DNA of 64,000 bases from Candidatus Latescibacterota bacterium (GTDB taxonomy: Bacteria; Latescibacterota; UBA2968; UBA8231): assembly GCA_965208105.1 (NCBI GenBank), contig OZ242318.1:736001-800000 (forward strand), given 5' to 3'. The notes under the pieces were generated by a model, which was not told where the DNA came from, made no database searches, and was given only the letters and a program-made list of their open reading frames with translations. Made by a program: the position numbers and the translations under genes. Below are positions 20,793 to 33,381 of this stretch, piece by piece (position 1 is the stretch's first letter; every line of letters starts with the position of its first letter).

Positions 20793-21950
20793 TGCTCTGT
20801 TAAGGATTCAGGCTTGTACTTTTTCGTACATGTTGGTATCATGGGGACCTATGTCCATTTTTCTGGGAGGGTCCTGCCATGTGCCTCCATGCTCGAACAC
20901 CGGATGCTGCCGAATCGAAAGAACTGGGCCGATGGCTGAAGCGGCCACGCAATGCCGTACAGATGCGACGAGGGCAATTGATCTCCCTCAGTGCCCAGGG
21001 TATGCGGGTCCAGGAGCTGTCGGCGACGCTGCATCTGCACGAGGAATACATCCGCTCCCTGGTCCGACGATACAACGAGGAAGGGCTGGCGTCGCTTCGC
21101 ACGCGAGCCCACCCGGGGCGCACCCCAGCGCTGACGCCCGAAGACGAGTCCGTGGTGGTGGAGATCGCCAAGATGCCCCCTCGGGCTTTCGGCCAACCCT
21201 TCAACCAGTGGTCGCTGCGCAAGCTGACCGACTGTCTGGTCGGGCGCAAGATGATCCCCAAGGTCTCGCACGTGACCATCGCCAAGGTCTTGGACCGGCA
21301 TAAGGTCACCTACCAACGTACCCGCACCTGGAAGGAGTCGAAGGATCCGGATTTCTCCTCGAAAAAAAACGCATCGACCGCCTCTACCGGCGTGCGCCGA
21401 AGGACTCGGTCGTAGTCTGCTTCGACGAAATGGGGCCCGTGCAGATCAAGCCCCATGCCGGCTCCTCCTGGGCGCCGCAGAAGCACCCGGTGCGGCACCG
21501 AGCCACCTACACCCGGCACGCCGGGGTCAGCTATTTCTTCGGCGCCTACAACGTCCACGAGGACGTCCTGTGGATGCATCACAAGCGAAAGAAGCACGCC
21601 TCGGAGGTGCTCACTTTCCTCAAGGCCATCCGGCACCGCTACCGCAAGGCCCAACGCATCTACCTCGTTCTGGACAATTTGTCGACGCACGCGACCCCAA
21701 AGATTCGGCAATGGTGTCGGCAGCATCGAGTCTCCCTCGTCTTCACCGCTACCAACGCCTCCTGGATGAACCGTCTCGAATGCCATCTGACCGCCGCCCA
21801 CTACTTCGTCATCAAGAACAGCGACCCAAGGGACCATCGAGACATCGGCCAGCGCATGCAGGAATACCTCGTATGGAGAAATCGAAACCAGGACGATGCC
21901 AAGCTCGCCAAAATACAAAATTCAATGCCCACTCTTTAACAGCGCACTAG
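20789..21950 (+). mobile_element. IS630-family insertion sequence
   Basis: Ends CTAGTGCTCTGTTAA / rc CTAGTGCGCTGTTAA; encodes HTH and DDE frames. Confidence 0.92.
20879..21939 (+). CDS. IS630 transposase (orfA 20879-21415 plus orfB to 21939, joined by a -1 frameshift)
   Basis: HTH with GR.P..T, WSLRKL and TWKESKDPDF. A8 run at 21362-21369 leads in the -1 frame to VCFDEMGP...LVLDNLSTH...SWMNRLE. Confidence 0.88.
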
Positions 21951-22105
21951 TGCCTGCCAGCGCCGTTCCTCGTGAATTCGGCCGCCGCGGCATTCCGTCC
22001 TCCGGCGTTCGCCGTACACCATCCCACGACGCGCTCGGGTAGCCTTCCGAGCCGGACGCCTCGGCGGTTCCCGTTCCAACGCTCAAGTTCGCACGAGGGG
22101 ACTAG
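21947..22105. mobile_element. degenerate MITE relative bounded by CTAG
   Basis: Shares core words cgccgtacacca, acgac.cgctc and gagccgg.cgcctcggcgg with 20625-20792; imperfect cctcgtg/cacgagg ends. Confidence 0.6.
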
Positions 22106-23149
22106 CTAGCAAACGCGAAAGTACTTGTAGTCAATTTCCAGATCGTCCAGCCTCATGTAGAGATTCTTGCGCGACATGCCGATGGCGGAGGCCACACGGC
22201 TGATCACTCCGTTGTGCCGCCGCAGGGCATTGCACAGGAAACGCCTTTCAAATAGAATCCTGGCTTCCCGGAACGAGGCGACCTCCAGTTCTCCCCATCC
22301 ATCCCCCGGCAGCTCCAGGACCTCCGGGGGGATATCTTCCACCCCCAGTTTTCCGTTGCACGCAAAGATCACCATCCTCTCCATTATATTCTCCAGCTGC
22401 CTTATATTTCCCGGCCAGGGATAGGCCTGGAGCCTATCCAGGGCAGCCGCGTCAATATCGGAGATCGGGCGCTGGTGTTTGCTCGCAGCTGCTTGCAGGA
22501 AATGCCGGACCAGCAAGGGAATGTCCTCGGGTCTTTCGCGCAGGGGAGGCAATCTGACCGGAACCACGTTCAGCCGGTAGAATAAATCCTCGCGGAAATT
22601 TCCCTGCTTTACCTCTTTTCCCAGATCCGCATTGCTTGCGGCCAGCACCCTCACGTCAACCTTCAGGGTCCGGGTACCGCCCACTCGCTCGAATTCCCGC
22701 TCCTGCAAAACCCTCAACAATCGCAACTGCACCTTGGGATCAGCAACGCCAATCTCGTCCAAGAACAGCGTCCCGCCATCGGCAAGTTCAAACCTGCCCG
22801 TATGTTGGCGAACAGCCCCCGTAAATGCCCCTTTCTCGTGTCCGAACAGTTCGCTCTCGAGCACTCCATCGGGCAAGGCAGCACAGTTCAGCCGTACAAA
22901 GGGTTTGTCGTGTCGGGGACTACAGTAGTGAATTGCCTGGGCGAACAACTCTTTCCCGGTGCCGCTCTCTCCCTGAATCAAGACCGTAGCACATGCCGCT
23001 GCCATGCATTCCAGTTGCTCCAGCAGTTTCAACATGCGCGGATTGCACGTGGTAAATCGAACCGCCTTCCGGGACGGGAAGCGATGAGTGGAATCATCCC
23101 GCAGATCGCCAGCATGGTCCTGGCTGGCACTTTGCCGAAACATGGTCAA
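22106..23149 (-). CDS. sigma54-dependent enhancer-binding protein (AAA+ plus Fis HTH, no sensor domain)
   Basis: [37 protein letters not shown]; only ~30 aa before the AAA+ domain. Confidence 0.92.
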   Translation of the reverse strand: MTMFRQSASQDHAGDLRDDSTHRFPSRKAVRFTTCNPRMLKLLEQLECMAAACATVLIQGESGTGKELFAQAIHYCSPRHDKPFVRLNCAALPDGVLESELFGHEKGAFTGAVRQHTGRFELADGGTLFLDEIGVADPKVQLRLLRVLQEREFERVGGTRTLKVDVRVLAASNADLGKEVKQGNFREDLFYRLNVVPVRLPPLRERPEDIPLLVRHFLQAAASKHQRPISDIDAAALDRLQAYPWPGNIRQLENIMERMVIFACNGKLGVEDIPPEVLELPGDGWGELEVASFREARILFERRFLCNALRRHNGVISRVASAIGMSRKNLYMRLDDLEIDYKYFRVC

Positions 23150-23252
23150 GTCCCCTCCTTTGTGAAATCTAGTGGTAACCTGTTCCTTGGGTCAATTGCG
23201 GTCGCCGGATTCTGGACTGGAACGGGTCTCACTTCCAGTTCGCCCCTTTTCT

Positions 23253-23268
23253 TGCAATTAGTATGCCG
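23253..23268 (-). promoter_or_regulatory. sigma54 (-24/-12) promoter for the left activator gene
   Basis: Minus strand CGGCATACTAATTGCA = GG-N10-GC with TTGCA. Confidence 0.6.
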
Positions 23269-23409
23269 TTTTGCCGGGACCTCGGAGCAGGGTAAAGCCG
23301 CACTTCCGTTCGTCCATGGAGGATCTTGAAGGACATGATCTTCTGTGAATTACTTCACATATCCTGCCTTCTCCATTTTGCCGCTTGCCTGTCAAAAACC
23401 GTCGGACTT

Positions 23410-23446
23410 TCGGTACCGGAGACCTATTCCCGGTACCGGGACCGGT
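23410..23446. promoter_or_regulatory. repeated palindromic sites (candidate upstream activator sequences)
   Basis: CGGTACCG palindrome occurs twice 20 bp apart, ~150 bp upstream of the -24/-12 element. Confidence 0.4.
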
Positions 23447-23602
23447 GCAGAAAACGCATTCCCTCATGGGGAGGCGGGGGACACGGAATTAGAGTCAGGA
23501 TAGCGGAAAAACCGCATGAAAACGGAAACAATTCTCCTTGAATTGTCTTTTCTTTTTGGACATTATAACAATCCCTTGCCAGAAAGGACTTGATAAATCC
23601 CC

Positions 23603-24595
23603 ATGCTCCCCCAGGATAGCCGAAACTATGCCCCCTTTTCCATTGCACAGTGCGAACAGCAACTGAAGAAAATCATCGGAAGCCGGGGCGGGCTGGCGGG
23701 AATCGTCGGCAACCTGAAGCGGGTCCTGGGTCTGCCTATCAATATTCTGATCCAGGGAGAGAGCGGCACCGGAAAGGAGGTGATCGCGCGGGCAATCCAC
23801 GACTGTGACCCGCTGAGGCGCAGCCACCCCTTCATTCCGATCAACGCCGCAACCATTCCCGAGAATTTGGTCGAGGCGGAATTGTTCGGCTATCACAAGG
23901 GGGCATTTACCGGTGCCTCGCATACCCGGGACGGCTACTTCCAGATGGCACATGCCGGCACCCTGTTCCTGGATGAAGTGGGCGAACTTCCCCTGGCACT
24001 TCAGCCCAAATTCCTGCGCGTCCTACAGGAAAAAACGGTCTGCCGCCTGGGCGAATTCAGGGAACGTCCTATCGACGTACGGGTCGTGGCGGCCACCCAT
24101 ATAAACCTGAGGCAGGCCATTGGTGAAGGCTGCTTTCGCACGGACCTCTACTATCGATTGGCGGAATATATCATTGACCTGCCGCCTTTGCGCCAGCGGC
24201 GGCAGGACATCGGCCCTCTGGCTCGACATTTTCTGGATCAATACCGCAGGGATTTCTGCAAACCTGAAATCAAACGCCTCTCAGGCGAGGCTCTGGCTTT
24301 GCTCGAAGCACAAGACTGGGAAGAGAACAACGTGAGAGAACTGAGTCTGACGATAAGGCGTGCAGTGATATTTTGCGACAGCTCGGAAATCACTCCGGAC
24401 CATCTGACCCTTTCCGCGCCAGGGACCGGCCTTTCTCACAGAAAGCAGCTGCAGAAATTCGACCGGCAGCAACTGGAACAGACCCTGACCCGGACCCGCG
24501 GCAACATTGCCGCTGCCGCTCGGCTGCTTGGCATGAGCCGCTCCACTCTCTACGACCGCCTGAAGAAACTCGACATTCAGCGCGGATCTTCCTGA
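23603..24595 (+). CDS. sigma54-dependent enhancer-binding protein (no sensor domain)
   Basis: [29 protein letters not shown], variant WEENNVREL, GNIAAAARLLG HTH. Confidence 0.92.
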   Translation: MLPQDSRNYAPFSIAQCEQQLKKIIGSRGGLAGIVGNLKRVLGLPINILIQGESGTGKEVIARAIHDCDPLRRSHPFIPINAATIPENLVEAELFGYHKGAFTGASHTRDGYFQMAHAGTLFLDEVGELPLALQPKFLRVLQEKTVCRLGEFRERPIDVRVVAATHINLRQAIGEGCFRTDLYYRLAEYIIDLPPLRQRRQDIGPLARHFLDQYRRDFCKPEIKRLSGEALALLEAQDWEENNVRELSLTIRRAVIFCDSSEITPDHLTLSAPGTGLSHRKQLQKFDRQQLEQTLTRTRGNIAAAARLLGMSRSTLYDRLKKLDIQRGSS

Positions 24596-24744
24596 GAATA
24601 GTTCCTTGACGGCCGCTTCCTCAACTTGCCGTGCTTGAATCTTTCAGAGGATATGGGACCAGGTGAGGCAGGTTCGCAGGTTGGCCAGGATCGGGGGGCA
24701 GGTCGGGACTGACCTGTAGATCCAGGTGTCACTGTACTGTGAAT

Positions 24745-25338
24745 TTATGTGGCCGATTGATAGTACGGATTTTTGCCGTCTGCGTGGTCGGTCACATCGT
24801 AGACTTCAGTGATCTCCGGCACGGCTTCCTTGATAGCCGTTTCGATGCCTTGTTTGAGGGTAACGTCCACCATGCCGCATCCCTGGCACCCACCACCGAA
24901 TTGCAGGAAGACGGTATCATCCCTGATATCGATGAGGGAAACGTAGCCACCATGGCTCGCCACAGACGGGTTGATCTGCTGGTCGAGGACGGTCTGCACC
25001 CTCTCGACCAGGGGCCCGGAAAGGTTGGGAGGCAGCTTTCTGCCGCTCTCGATCTTGAAGCCCGACCCCATGAGGCCGTCGACGTAGTCGATCCTGGCCT
25101 CTTCGAGATAAGAAGCGCTCTGGGAATCGATATAGACGTCGAAGGAATCGAAGTGCACAACCATGTCCTCTGGTATTTCCTGCTCGGCGGAAATAAAGGC
25201 CAGCTTGTAATCGACCTTGAGAGGTGATTGCGCTTTGGCACTAACCCGCAAACCCTTGACCGGTTTGTTGTTCTGCTTCTCGCTCTGCTCTATGAGCTCG
25301 GCGATCTTTTTCTGGGCAGCTGCAGCGATTTCAATCAT
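24745..25338 (-). CDS. nfuA: Fe/S biogenesis protein NfuA
   Basis: Degenerate A-type N-domain plus NifU domain INPSVASHGG..GGGCQGC..DVTDH..NPYY. Confidence 0.9.
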   Translation of the reverse strand: MIEIAAAAQKKIAELIEQSEKQNNKPVKGLRVSAKAQSPLKVDYKLAFISAEQEIPEDMVVHFDSFDVYIDSQSASYLEEARIDYVDGLMGSGFKIESGRKLPPNLSGPLVERVQTVLDQQINPSVASHGGYVSLIDIRDDTVFLQFGGGCQGCGMVDVTLKQGIETAIKEAVPEITEVYDVTDHADGKNPYYQSAT

Positions 25339-25485
25339 GGGGCCTCCATTGAAAAGGTAAATATCCCGAGCCTTCGCGCAAGGACTCGGGGCTGAGGCCT
25401 ACCCCGGGAGGAAGCCATAGGAAAAGCCAAAAAAAACCAACCCCTTGCAGAGTCGGTCGCCGCTGTCCTTGTCCCCCGGATCCGA

Positions 25486-26271
25486 TTAAGACGCCTCTGC
25501 GAAATCCCTGATTGCCACCCCACATACTTCCTCGGCCAATCTCGAATAGTTCTCGGCGCCGGCCGACGACGGGTCGTAAAGGGCAATGGGTCTGCCGAAG
25601 CTTGGAGCCTCGGCCAGGCTGATGTTGCGCTTAATGACGGTCCGGTAAACCTTGTCACCGAAGTAGTCTCTGATTTCTGCAGCTACGCGGCGGGAGAGAT
25701 GCAGCCTGTGGTCGTACATGGTCAGGAGGACACCCTCGATACGCAAAGAAGGGTTGAGGTAGCGCTGGACCAGCCTCACCGAGCCCAACAGCTTGCTGAC
25801 TCCTTCCATTGCAAAGTACTCACACTGGACCGGAATCAGAACCGAATCTGCAGCACTGAGCGCGTTGATAGTGAGAATCCCAAGCGAAGGAGGACAGTCC
25901 ACGATCACGAACTCGTAGGCCTCTTCCACCTCTTCCAGGGCATCAGCCAGCTTCTTTTCGCGGCCTACCATGGAGGTCATTTCGACCTCGGCGCCAGCCA
26001 GGCGTACGTGGGCGGGAACGATGTCGAGAAGGGTTGGAGCGACCGAGCAAATGACCGAGGGCAAGGTAGTCTTTCCCAGGAACACCTCGTAAACCGACCC
26101 GTGAAGACTATCCATTCCAGCGCCGCAACCACTCGTGCTGTTGGCTTGAGGGTCGACATCCACCAGAAGGGTCTTGTGCCCTGCGAGGGCCAGGCAGGCG
26201 GCCAAGTTGACCGCAGTAGTGGTCTTGCCCACACCACCTTTCTGATTTGCAATGGCGATAACTCTACCCAT
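25486..26271 (-). CDS. ParA/Soj family ATPase
   Basis: [33 protein letters not shown]. Confidence 0.95.
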   Translation of the reverse strand: MGRVIAIANQKGGVGKTTTAVNLAACLALAGHKTLLVDVDPQANSTSGCGAGMDSLHGSVYEVFLGKTTLPSVICSVAPTLLDIVPAHVRLAGAEVEMTSMVGREKKLADALEEVEEAYEFVIVDCPPSLGILTINALSAADSVLIPVQCEYFAMEGVSKLLGSVRLVQRYLNPSLRIEGVLLTMYDHRLHLSRRVAAEIRDYFGDKVYRTVIKRNISLAEAPSFGRPIALYDPSSAGAENYSRLAEEVCGVAIRDFAEAS

Positions 26272-26778
26272 ACCAGACGCTAGCAGACGCTCCGGTTAAG
26301 CAGCTCGAAAAATCAAGAGGCAATTTGGATGAAATTGCGTGAAAAAAATTTATGTGAAAGTCTTCGGATCCTCGCGGCGGGAGAGGCGAAAAGAACAGAC
26401 CTCCCCCTCCTGAATGAGGGGAGTCATTCAGTCACGCAAAACTTCTTTAGAATTAGGGAGAATCTCTGGCGGACAGAGACAAATGCTCTTGTTTCGGACC
26501 TCAATATAATTCTTGAAAATGGGCCGGTCAAGCGTTAATGTAACCAAATTGTAAAAGAAATTTGTGCCGCAGATGAAACACTATTATGTAAACTCATTCG
26601 GGCTCATCTCGACCGGAATTCGAGCCACTCGGCACATCCTTTCCCTGCCAGACGCGTCCGCGGCGGGACGCGATTTCATCCTGTACTTCCAATGTTTCCG
26701 GTTGACAGCAAATGTGCTGATTCTCACATTGAGCCAGGCTTTGGGGTTGCGCCCACCAGTCTGACCAGGTGATGCTGC

Positions 26779-27171
26779 ATGCCAGGAGCAGATGACCAAA
26801 CGAGGACGATTGCCGAGCTGACGGCGCAGGTGCGTCACTTCGTCCAGGAGCGGGACTGGGACCAGTACCACCTGCCCAAGGATCTGGCCTTGGCTCTATC
26901 CATCGAGGCGGCGGAAGTTCTGGAGCATTTCCGATTCCGCAGCGACGCTGAGGTTGCCGCCCGCCTGCAGGACGATACCCACGTGGAAGAAATTGGCCAC
27001 GAGCTGGCCGATGTCCTCTACTTCGTTCTCCTGATGTACCACCGTCTCGGCCTGGATGTTGCAAAGACGCTCGATGGAAAGCTGGCCATTTCGGCGAGGC
27101 GCTATCCGGTTGACAAGGCCAGGGGAAGGAATCTGAAGTACACCGAACTGAACGCGATCGAACCGAAGTAG
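26779..27171 (+). CDS. MazG-like nucleotide pyrophosphohydrolase (dCTPase-type)
   Basis: ERDWDQYH.PKDL...EAAE..E.F, ELADV, RYPV.KA.G..KY. Confidence 0.9.
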   Translation: MPGADDQTRTIAELTAQVRHFVQERDWDQYHLPKDLALALSIEAAEVLEHFRFRSDAEVAARLQDDTHVEEIGHELADVLYFVLLMYHRLGLDVAKTLDGKLAISARRYPVDKARGRNLKYTELNAIEPK

Positions 27172-27172
27172 A

Positions 27173-27955
27173 ATGAGCAATAAATCGGATTTCGATAAAC
27201 TTGTGGAGGTCATGGACCGCCTGCGGTCCGAGGATGGCTGTCCCTGGGACCGCGAGCAGACCCACGCCAGTCTCAAGCCATTCCTTTTGGAAGAGACTTA
27301 CGAGGTCCTCGAAGCCATCGACCTTCAAGATGACAATGAACTCTGCAACGAGTTGGGAGACCTGCTGTTACAGGTAGTCTTTCACGCCCAGATCGCCCGT
27401 GAGGAGAATCGCTTCTGCGCCGCGGAGGTCTGCCGCGCCATCGTCGACAAACTCGTCCGCCGCCACCCCCACGTTTTCGGCGACGTCCAGGCTGAAAACC
27501 CCGATCAGGTCCTGGCCAACTGGGAAGAGATCAAAAGAGAGGAACGGTCGACCCGGGGTGAGCCCGCCTCTATCCTCGACGGCGTCCCCAGGCATCTGCC
27601 GGCCCTGCTCCGCGCCCAGCGCCTTCAGGCCAAAGCCGCGCGGGTGGGGTTCGACTGGGAGCATGTCGACGGCCCCCTGGACAAGGTGGAGGAAGAGTTT
27701 GCCGAGTTGCGCCAGGCCAGGGGCCGCGGAGATGGGAAGGAGGTGGAGGAGGAGTTCGGCGACCTGCTCTTCGCGCTGGTCAACACAGGCCGCTTCCTAG
27801 ATCTCTGCCCCGAGGATGCCCTTCGCCGTGCCGCCGGCAAGTTCGAGAGCCGCTTCCGCGCCGTGGAAACCATCCTGAAGGAACAGAATAAGGATATCAA
27901 TGAAGTTTCCCTGAAGGAGATGGACCGCATCTGGGACCAAGTCAAGGGCAGCTGA
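27173..27955 (+). CDS. mazG: nucleoside triphosphate pyrophosphohydrolase
   Basis: GCPWDREQT, EETYE, ELGDLLLQ, RRHPHVF, GFDW, EFGDLLF. Confidence 0.95.
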   Translation: MSNKSDFDKLVEVMDRLRSEDGCPWDREQTHASLKPFLLEETYEVLEAIDLQDDNELCNELGDLLLQVVFHAQIAREENRFCAAEVCRAIVDKLVRRHPHVFGDVQAENPDQVLANWEEIKREERSTRGEPASILDGVPRHLPALLRAQRLQAKAARVGFDWEHVDGPLDKVEEEFAELRQARGRGDGKEVEEEFGDLLFALVNTGRFLDLCPEDALRRAAGKFESRFRAVETILKEQNKDINEVSLKEMDRIWDQVKGS

Positions 27956-28023
27956 CCCTGGTTCCGCCAGGGACTTTCCAGCGCCGTCCCGGGGACTCAC
28001 CCCAAACCAGGAGTTGCTAAACG

Positions 28024-29055
28024 ATGACCTCTGCCGACAACCGCCGCAACGTCCTCTTTGCCGCCCTGACCGGGGACGAGGAGATCAAGCTCTACGACAT
28101 CGATCCCGGCTCCGGTGCCCTGGGGCTGGTGAAATCGAGCAATGCCCACGGGCCCGTCGGTCCCCTCTGTCTGCATCCCTCCCGCGAGGTGATACTGGCC
28201 GCCCACGTCGATTCGACCACCCTGGCCAGCTTTCGACTCGAGGCGGGGTCCGGCGAACTCGACCTCATCAATAAAATCGACACCGGGATCGAGATTCCAG
28301 CCCATCTCACTACCGACCTCGCCGGCCGCTTTCTGCTCACGGCCTACTACGGCGGCGGCGGGCTTACGGTTCACCGCCTCGATGCCGGGGGGGCCATCGG
28401 TGAGCTGGTGCAGCGCATCGACACCGGCCCCAAGGCCCACGCCATCCTCACCGCTGCCTCCGACCGCTTTGTCTTCGTCCCCCACGTGTGCCCTACGAAC
28501 AAGACCTGCCAGTTCCTTTTCGACCGGGAGTCGGGGGAGCTGACTCCAAACGACCCGGCCACCGTCCCTCCTCCCGACGATACCACGGGACCGCGCCACA
28601 TCTGTTTCCGGCCCGGCGGGGACATCGCCTATATCGTCAACGAGCAGGGCAACACCGTGACCGCCCACCGCTTCGACTCCGAACAGGGCACCCTGGGCAT
28701 GGTCCAGCATCTGTCCACCTTGCCGCCGGACTATGAGGAAGGAGGCCATACGGCCCATATCGAGGTCCATCCAAACGGGAAATGGGCATATGCCTCCAAT
28801 CGAGGCCACGACAGCATCGTTGGATTCAATGTGAACCCGGGAGGGTTTCTCAGCCCGTTCGGACACTTTCCCGTCCCCGCGAGCCCGCGCTCCTTCAACA
28901 TCGATCCGGGCGGCAGCTATTTGTACTGCGCAGGTGAACTCGCCGACAGGATGACCGCCTACCGGGTCGACTCCGCCACCGGCGAGCTGCATCCCATGCA
29001 GGACTATGCGGTGGGTCAAAAGCCGTTCTGGGTTACCGTGGAAAATCTCGCTTGA
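28024..29055 (+). CDS. lactonase family beta-propeller (6-phosphogluconolactonase-like)
   Basis: AH, GPRH, YIVNE, YASNRGHDSI, PRSF motifs. Confidence 0.9.
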   Translation: MTSADNRRNVLFAALTGDEEIKLYDIDPGSGALGLVKSSNAHGPVGPLCLHPSREVILAAHVDSTTLASFRLEAGSGELDLINKIDTGIEIPAHLTTDLAGRFLLTAYYGGGGLTVHRLDAGGAIGELVQRIDTGPKAHAILTAASDRFVFVPHVCPTNKTCQFLFDRESGELTPNDPATVPPPDDTTGPRHICFRPGGDIAYIVNEQGNTVTAHRFDSEQGTLGMVQHLSTLPPDYEEGGHTAHIEVHPNGKWAYASNRGHDSIVGFNVNPGGFLSPFGHFPVPASPRSFNIDPGGSYLYCAGELADRMTAYRVDSATGELHPMQDYAVGQKPFWVTVENLA

Positions 29056-29098
29056 CAATTCCTGCGGAACTCCCGGCGGCCGGTTTCTGCAGAATGGG

Positions 29099-30127
29099 TC
29101 AGGCCCTCTCCCGGGCGATCCTTGTGCCGGCGACCAAAGCCTGGAGCTTTGCGAAGGCCACCTCCCGCGGCAGGTATTTCATGCCGCAGTCAGGGGCGAG
29201 TACGAGGCGCTCAGGAGCGACGAATTCGAGCGCGCGCTCGATTCGGCCGGCGACCGTCTCGGGCGTCTCGACCTGATGATTGCCGTTGTCGATGACACCC
29301 AGGATGACCGTCTTGGTGGAAATCTCCCTCAGTATCCCCAGGTCCAGATCGGGCTGGGCGGCCTCTATGGAAAGTTGATCTACGGCGGCCGAGTTCAACT
29401 CCCCGAGAAATGAGTAGCCGGCCGGCTTGTCCTTGATGAAGTGGCCGTAGCCGAAGCACATGTGCAGCGCAGTGGTACCTTCGACTCCCTCCAGCGCCCG
29501 GTCGATGACCTCGACCCCGTATTCTCTGGCTTTCTCCGGACGTGCCTGGAGATAGGGTTCGTCCAGTTGGACTATGTCGGCTCCGGCGGCGAACAGGGCC
29601 TTGACCTCGGTGTTGACCGCGGACGCGAAATCGAGAGCCATGGCTCTCTCGTCCCGGTAGTATTCATCCTGGGTCTGCTGGGTCATGGTAAACGGGCCTG
29701 GAACCGTGATCTTGATCGCCCGGTCGGTGTTGGCGCGCAGGAACTGGACGCTGCCCACCTCCACCGCTCCAGCACGTCGAATTGGGCCGATGATGCGAGG
29801 TGCGATGTTTTCCCGCCCGTTGCGCTCGATGAACCTGCCCGGATTGTCGAGATCAATGCCGGAGAGGGAGTTGGCGAAGTGATTCGAGTAGCTTTCGCGG
29901 CGCACCTCGCCGTCGGTAATCACCTCGACCCCGGCGCGTTCCATGTCGCGGATCGCCAGCAGGGTCGCGTCGTCCTGAGCCTGGGCAAGGTATTCCTCCG
30001 CCACGCGCCAGAGTTCGCGGGCGAGAGCCCGGGGGGGAGGCCGCTTCTGCAGCCGCTCCCTGTCTATGAGCCAGTCGGGCTGGGGATAGCTGCCAACCAC
30101 CGTGGTGACCAGTGTGTTCTCGTTCAT
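29099..30127 (-). CDS. cobalamin-independent methionine synthase II family (core catalytic domain)
   Basis: VGSYPQP, TDGE.RR, GPFT, QLDEP, HMCFG, PDCGMK zinc ligands. Confidence 0.9.
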   Translation of the reverse strand: MNENTLVTTVVGSYPQPDWLIDRERLQKRPPPRALARELWRVAEEYLAQAQDDATLLAIRDMERAGVEVITDGEVRRESYSNHFANSLSGIDLDNPGRFIERNGRENIAPRIIGPIRRAGAVEVGSVQFLRANTDRAIKITVPGPFTMTQQTQDEYYRDERAMALDFASAVNTEVKALFAAGADIVQLDEPYLQARPEKAREYGVEVIDRALEGVEGTTALHMCFGYGHFIKDKPAGYSFLGELNSAAVDQLSIEAAQPDLDLGILREISTKTVILGVIDNGNHQVETPETVAGRIERALEFVAPERLVLAPDCGMKYLPREVAFAKLQALVAGTRIARERA

Positions 30128-30414
30128 CGGTTCATCCTCTAGTTTATTGCAGCGTCTCGAATGATTGCCTGCGGCGATCCGGCAGGTACAGGGATGAGGG
30201 CTGACTGCGGCCGGAAGCCTTCCAACTCCCCTCCCTCCCGAATATGATAGGAGCCGGACCCACGATTAGCAAGGCGGGGGAACTCCTGCTCGGAACCAGA
30301 TGCACCAAGCGGGCAAGAAGGGGGATTTTGACCAGGTGTGCTGGGCACTGTAGCCCCGAGTCCGGCGGAAAATTGGATGAAATCAAGCTTGACAACTGTG
30401 AAAATAGGGATTTT

Positions 30415-30443
30415 TTGACAGAAGCGTCCAAAGTGGCTAGGTT
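30415..30443 (+). promoter_or_regulatory. sigma70-type promoter upstream of the TonB receptor
   Basis: TTGACA-17 bp-TAGGTT. Confidence 0.5.
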
Positions 30444-30654
30444 ATTTTATTTTGCTGTATTAAGAGGGGTGAACAGGAAGCAGATGCAACCTGCCACCTG
30501 CCGTAATCAATCATCCCGATGCCGGGGCGCTTCCGCCAGGAAGAGAAAGACCGCCCCGGGACTAAAATGGCGTTTTCTGGTACACACGACTATTCGTCGA
30601 GATATAGAGCCACCTCCCCAACCCAACCAAACCCCCATAGGAGGAAAGCAGCAA

Positions 30655-33282
<2,628 letters not shown>

Positions 33283-33311
33283 GAACTGCGAACCGCAGTC
33301 CGGAGTTCTAC

Positions 33312-33348
33312 AAAGGCCGAGTACCGGTTCCGGTACTCGGCCTTTATT
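33312..33348 (+). terminator. intrinsic terminator
   Basis: 16-bp perfect inverted repeat aaaggccgagtaccgg/ccggtactcggccttt followed by a T-rich tail. Confidence 0.85.
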
Positions 33349-33381
33349 GTCCTATTTCTTCGCTATATCGAGGTCCCGGAC

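Noticed and set aside
26272-26778. Replication origin next to parA
   Set aside because: No TTATCCACA DnaA boxes or parS palindrome were found.
26779-27955. MazG pair as an anti-phage or toxin-antitoxin system
   Set aside because: Both look like ordinary housekeeping NTP pyrophosphatases, with no defence genes nearby.
30244-30654. N-terminal extension of the TonB receptor in the ORF track
   Set aside because: The real start is ATG 30655 (AGGAGG SD, signal peptide); the upstream part contains the promoter.
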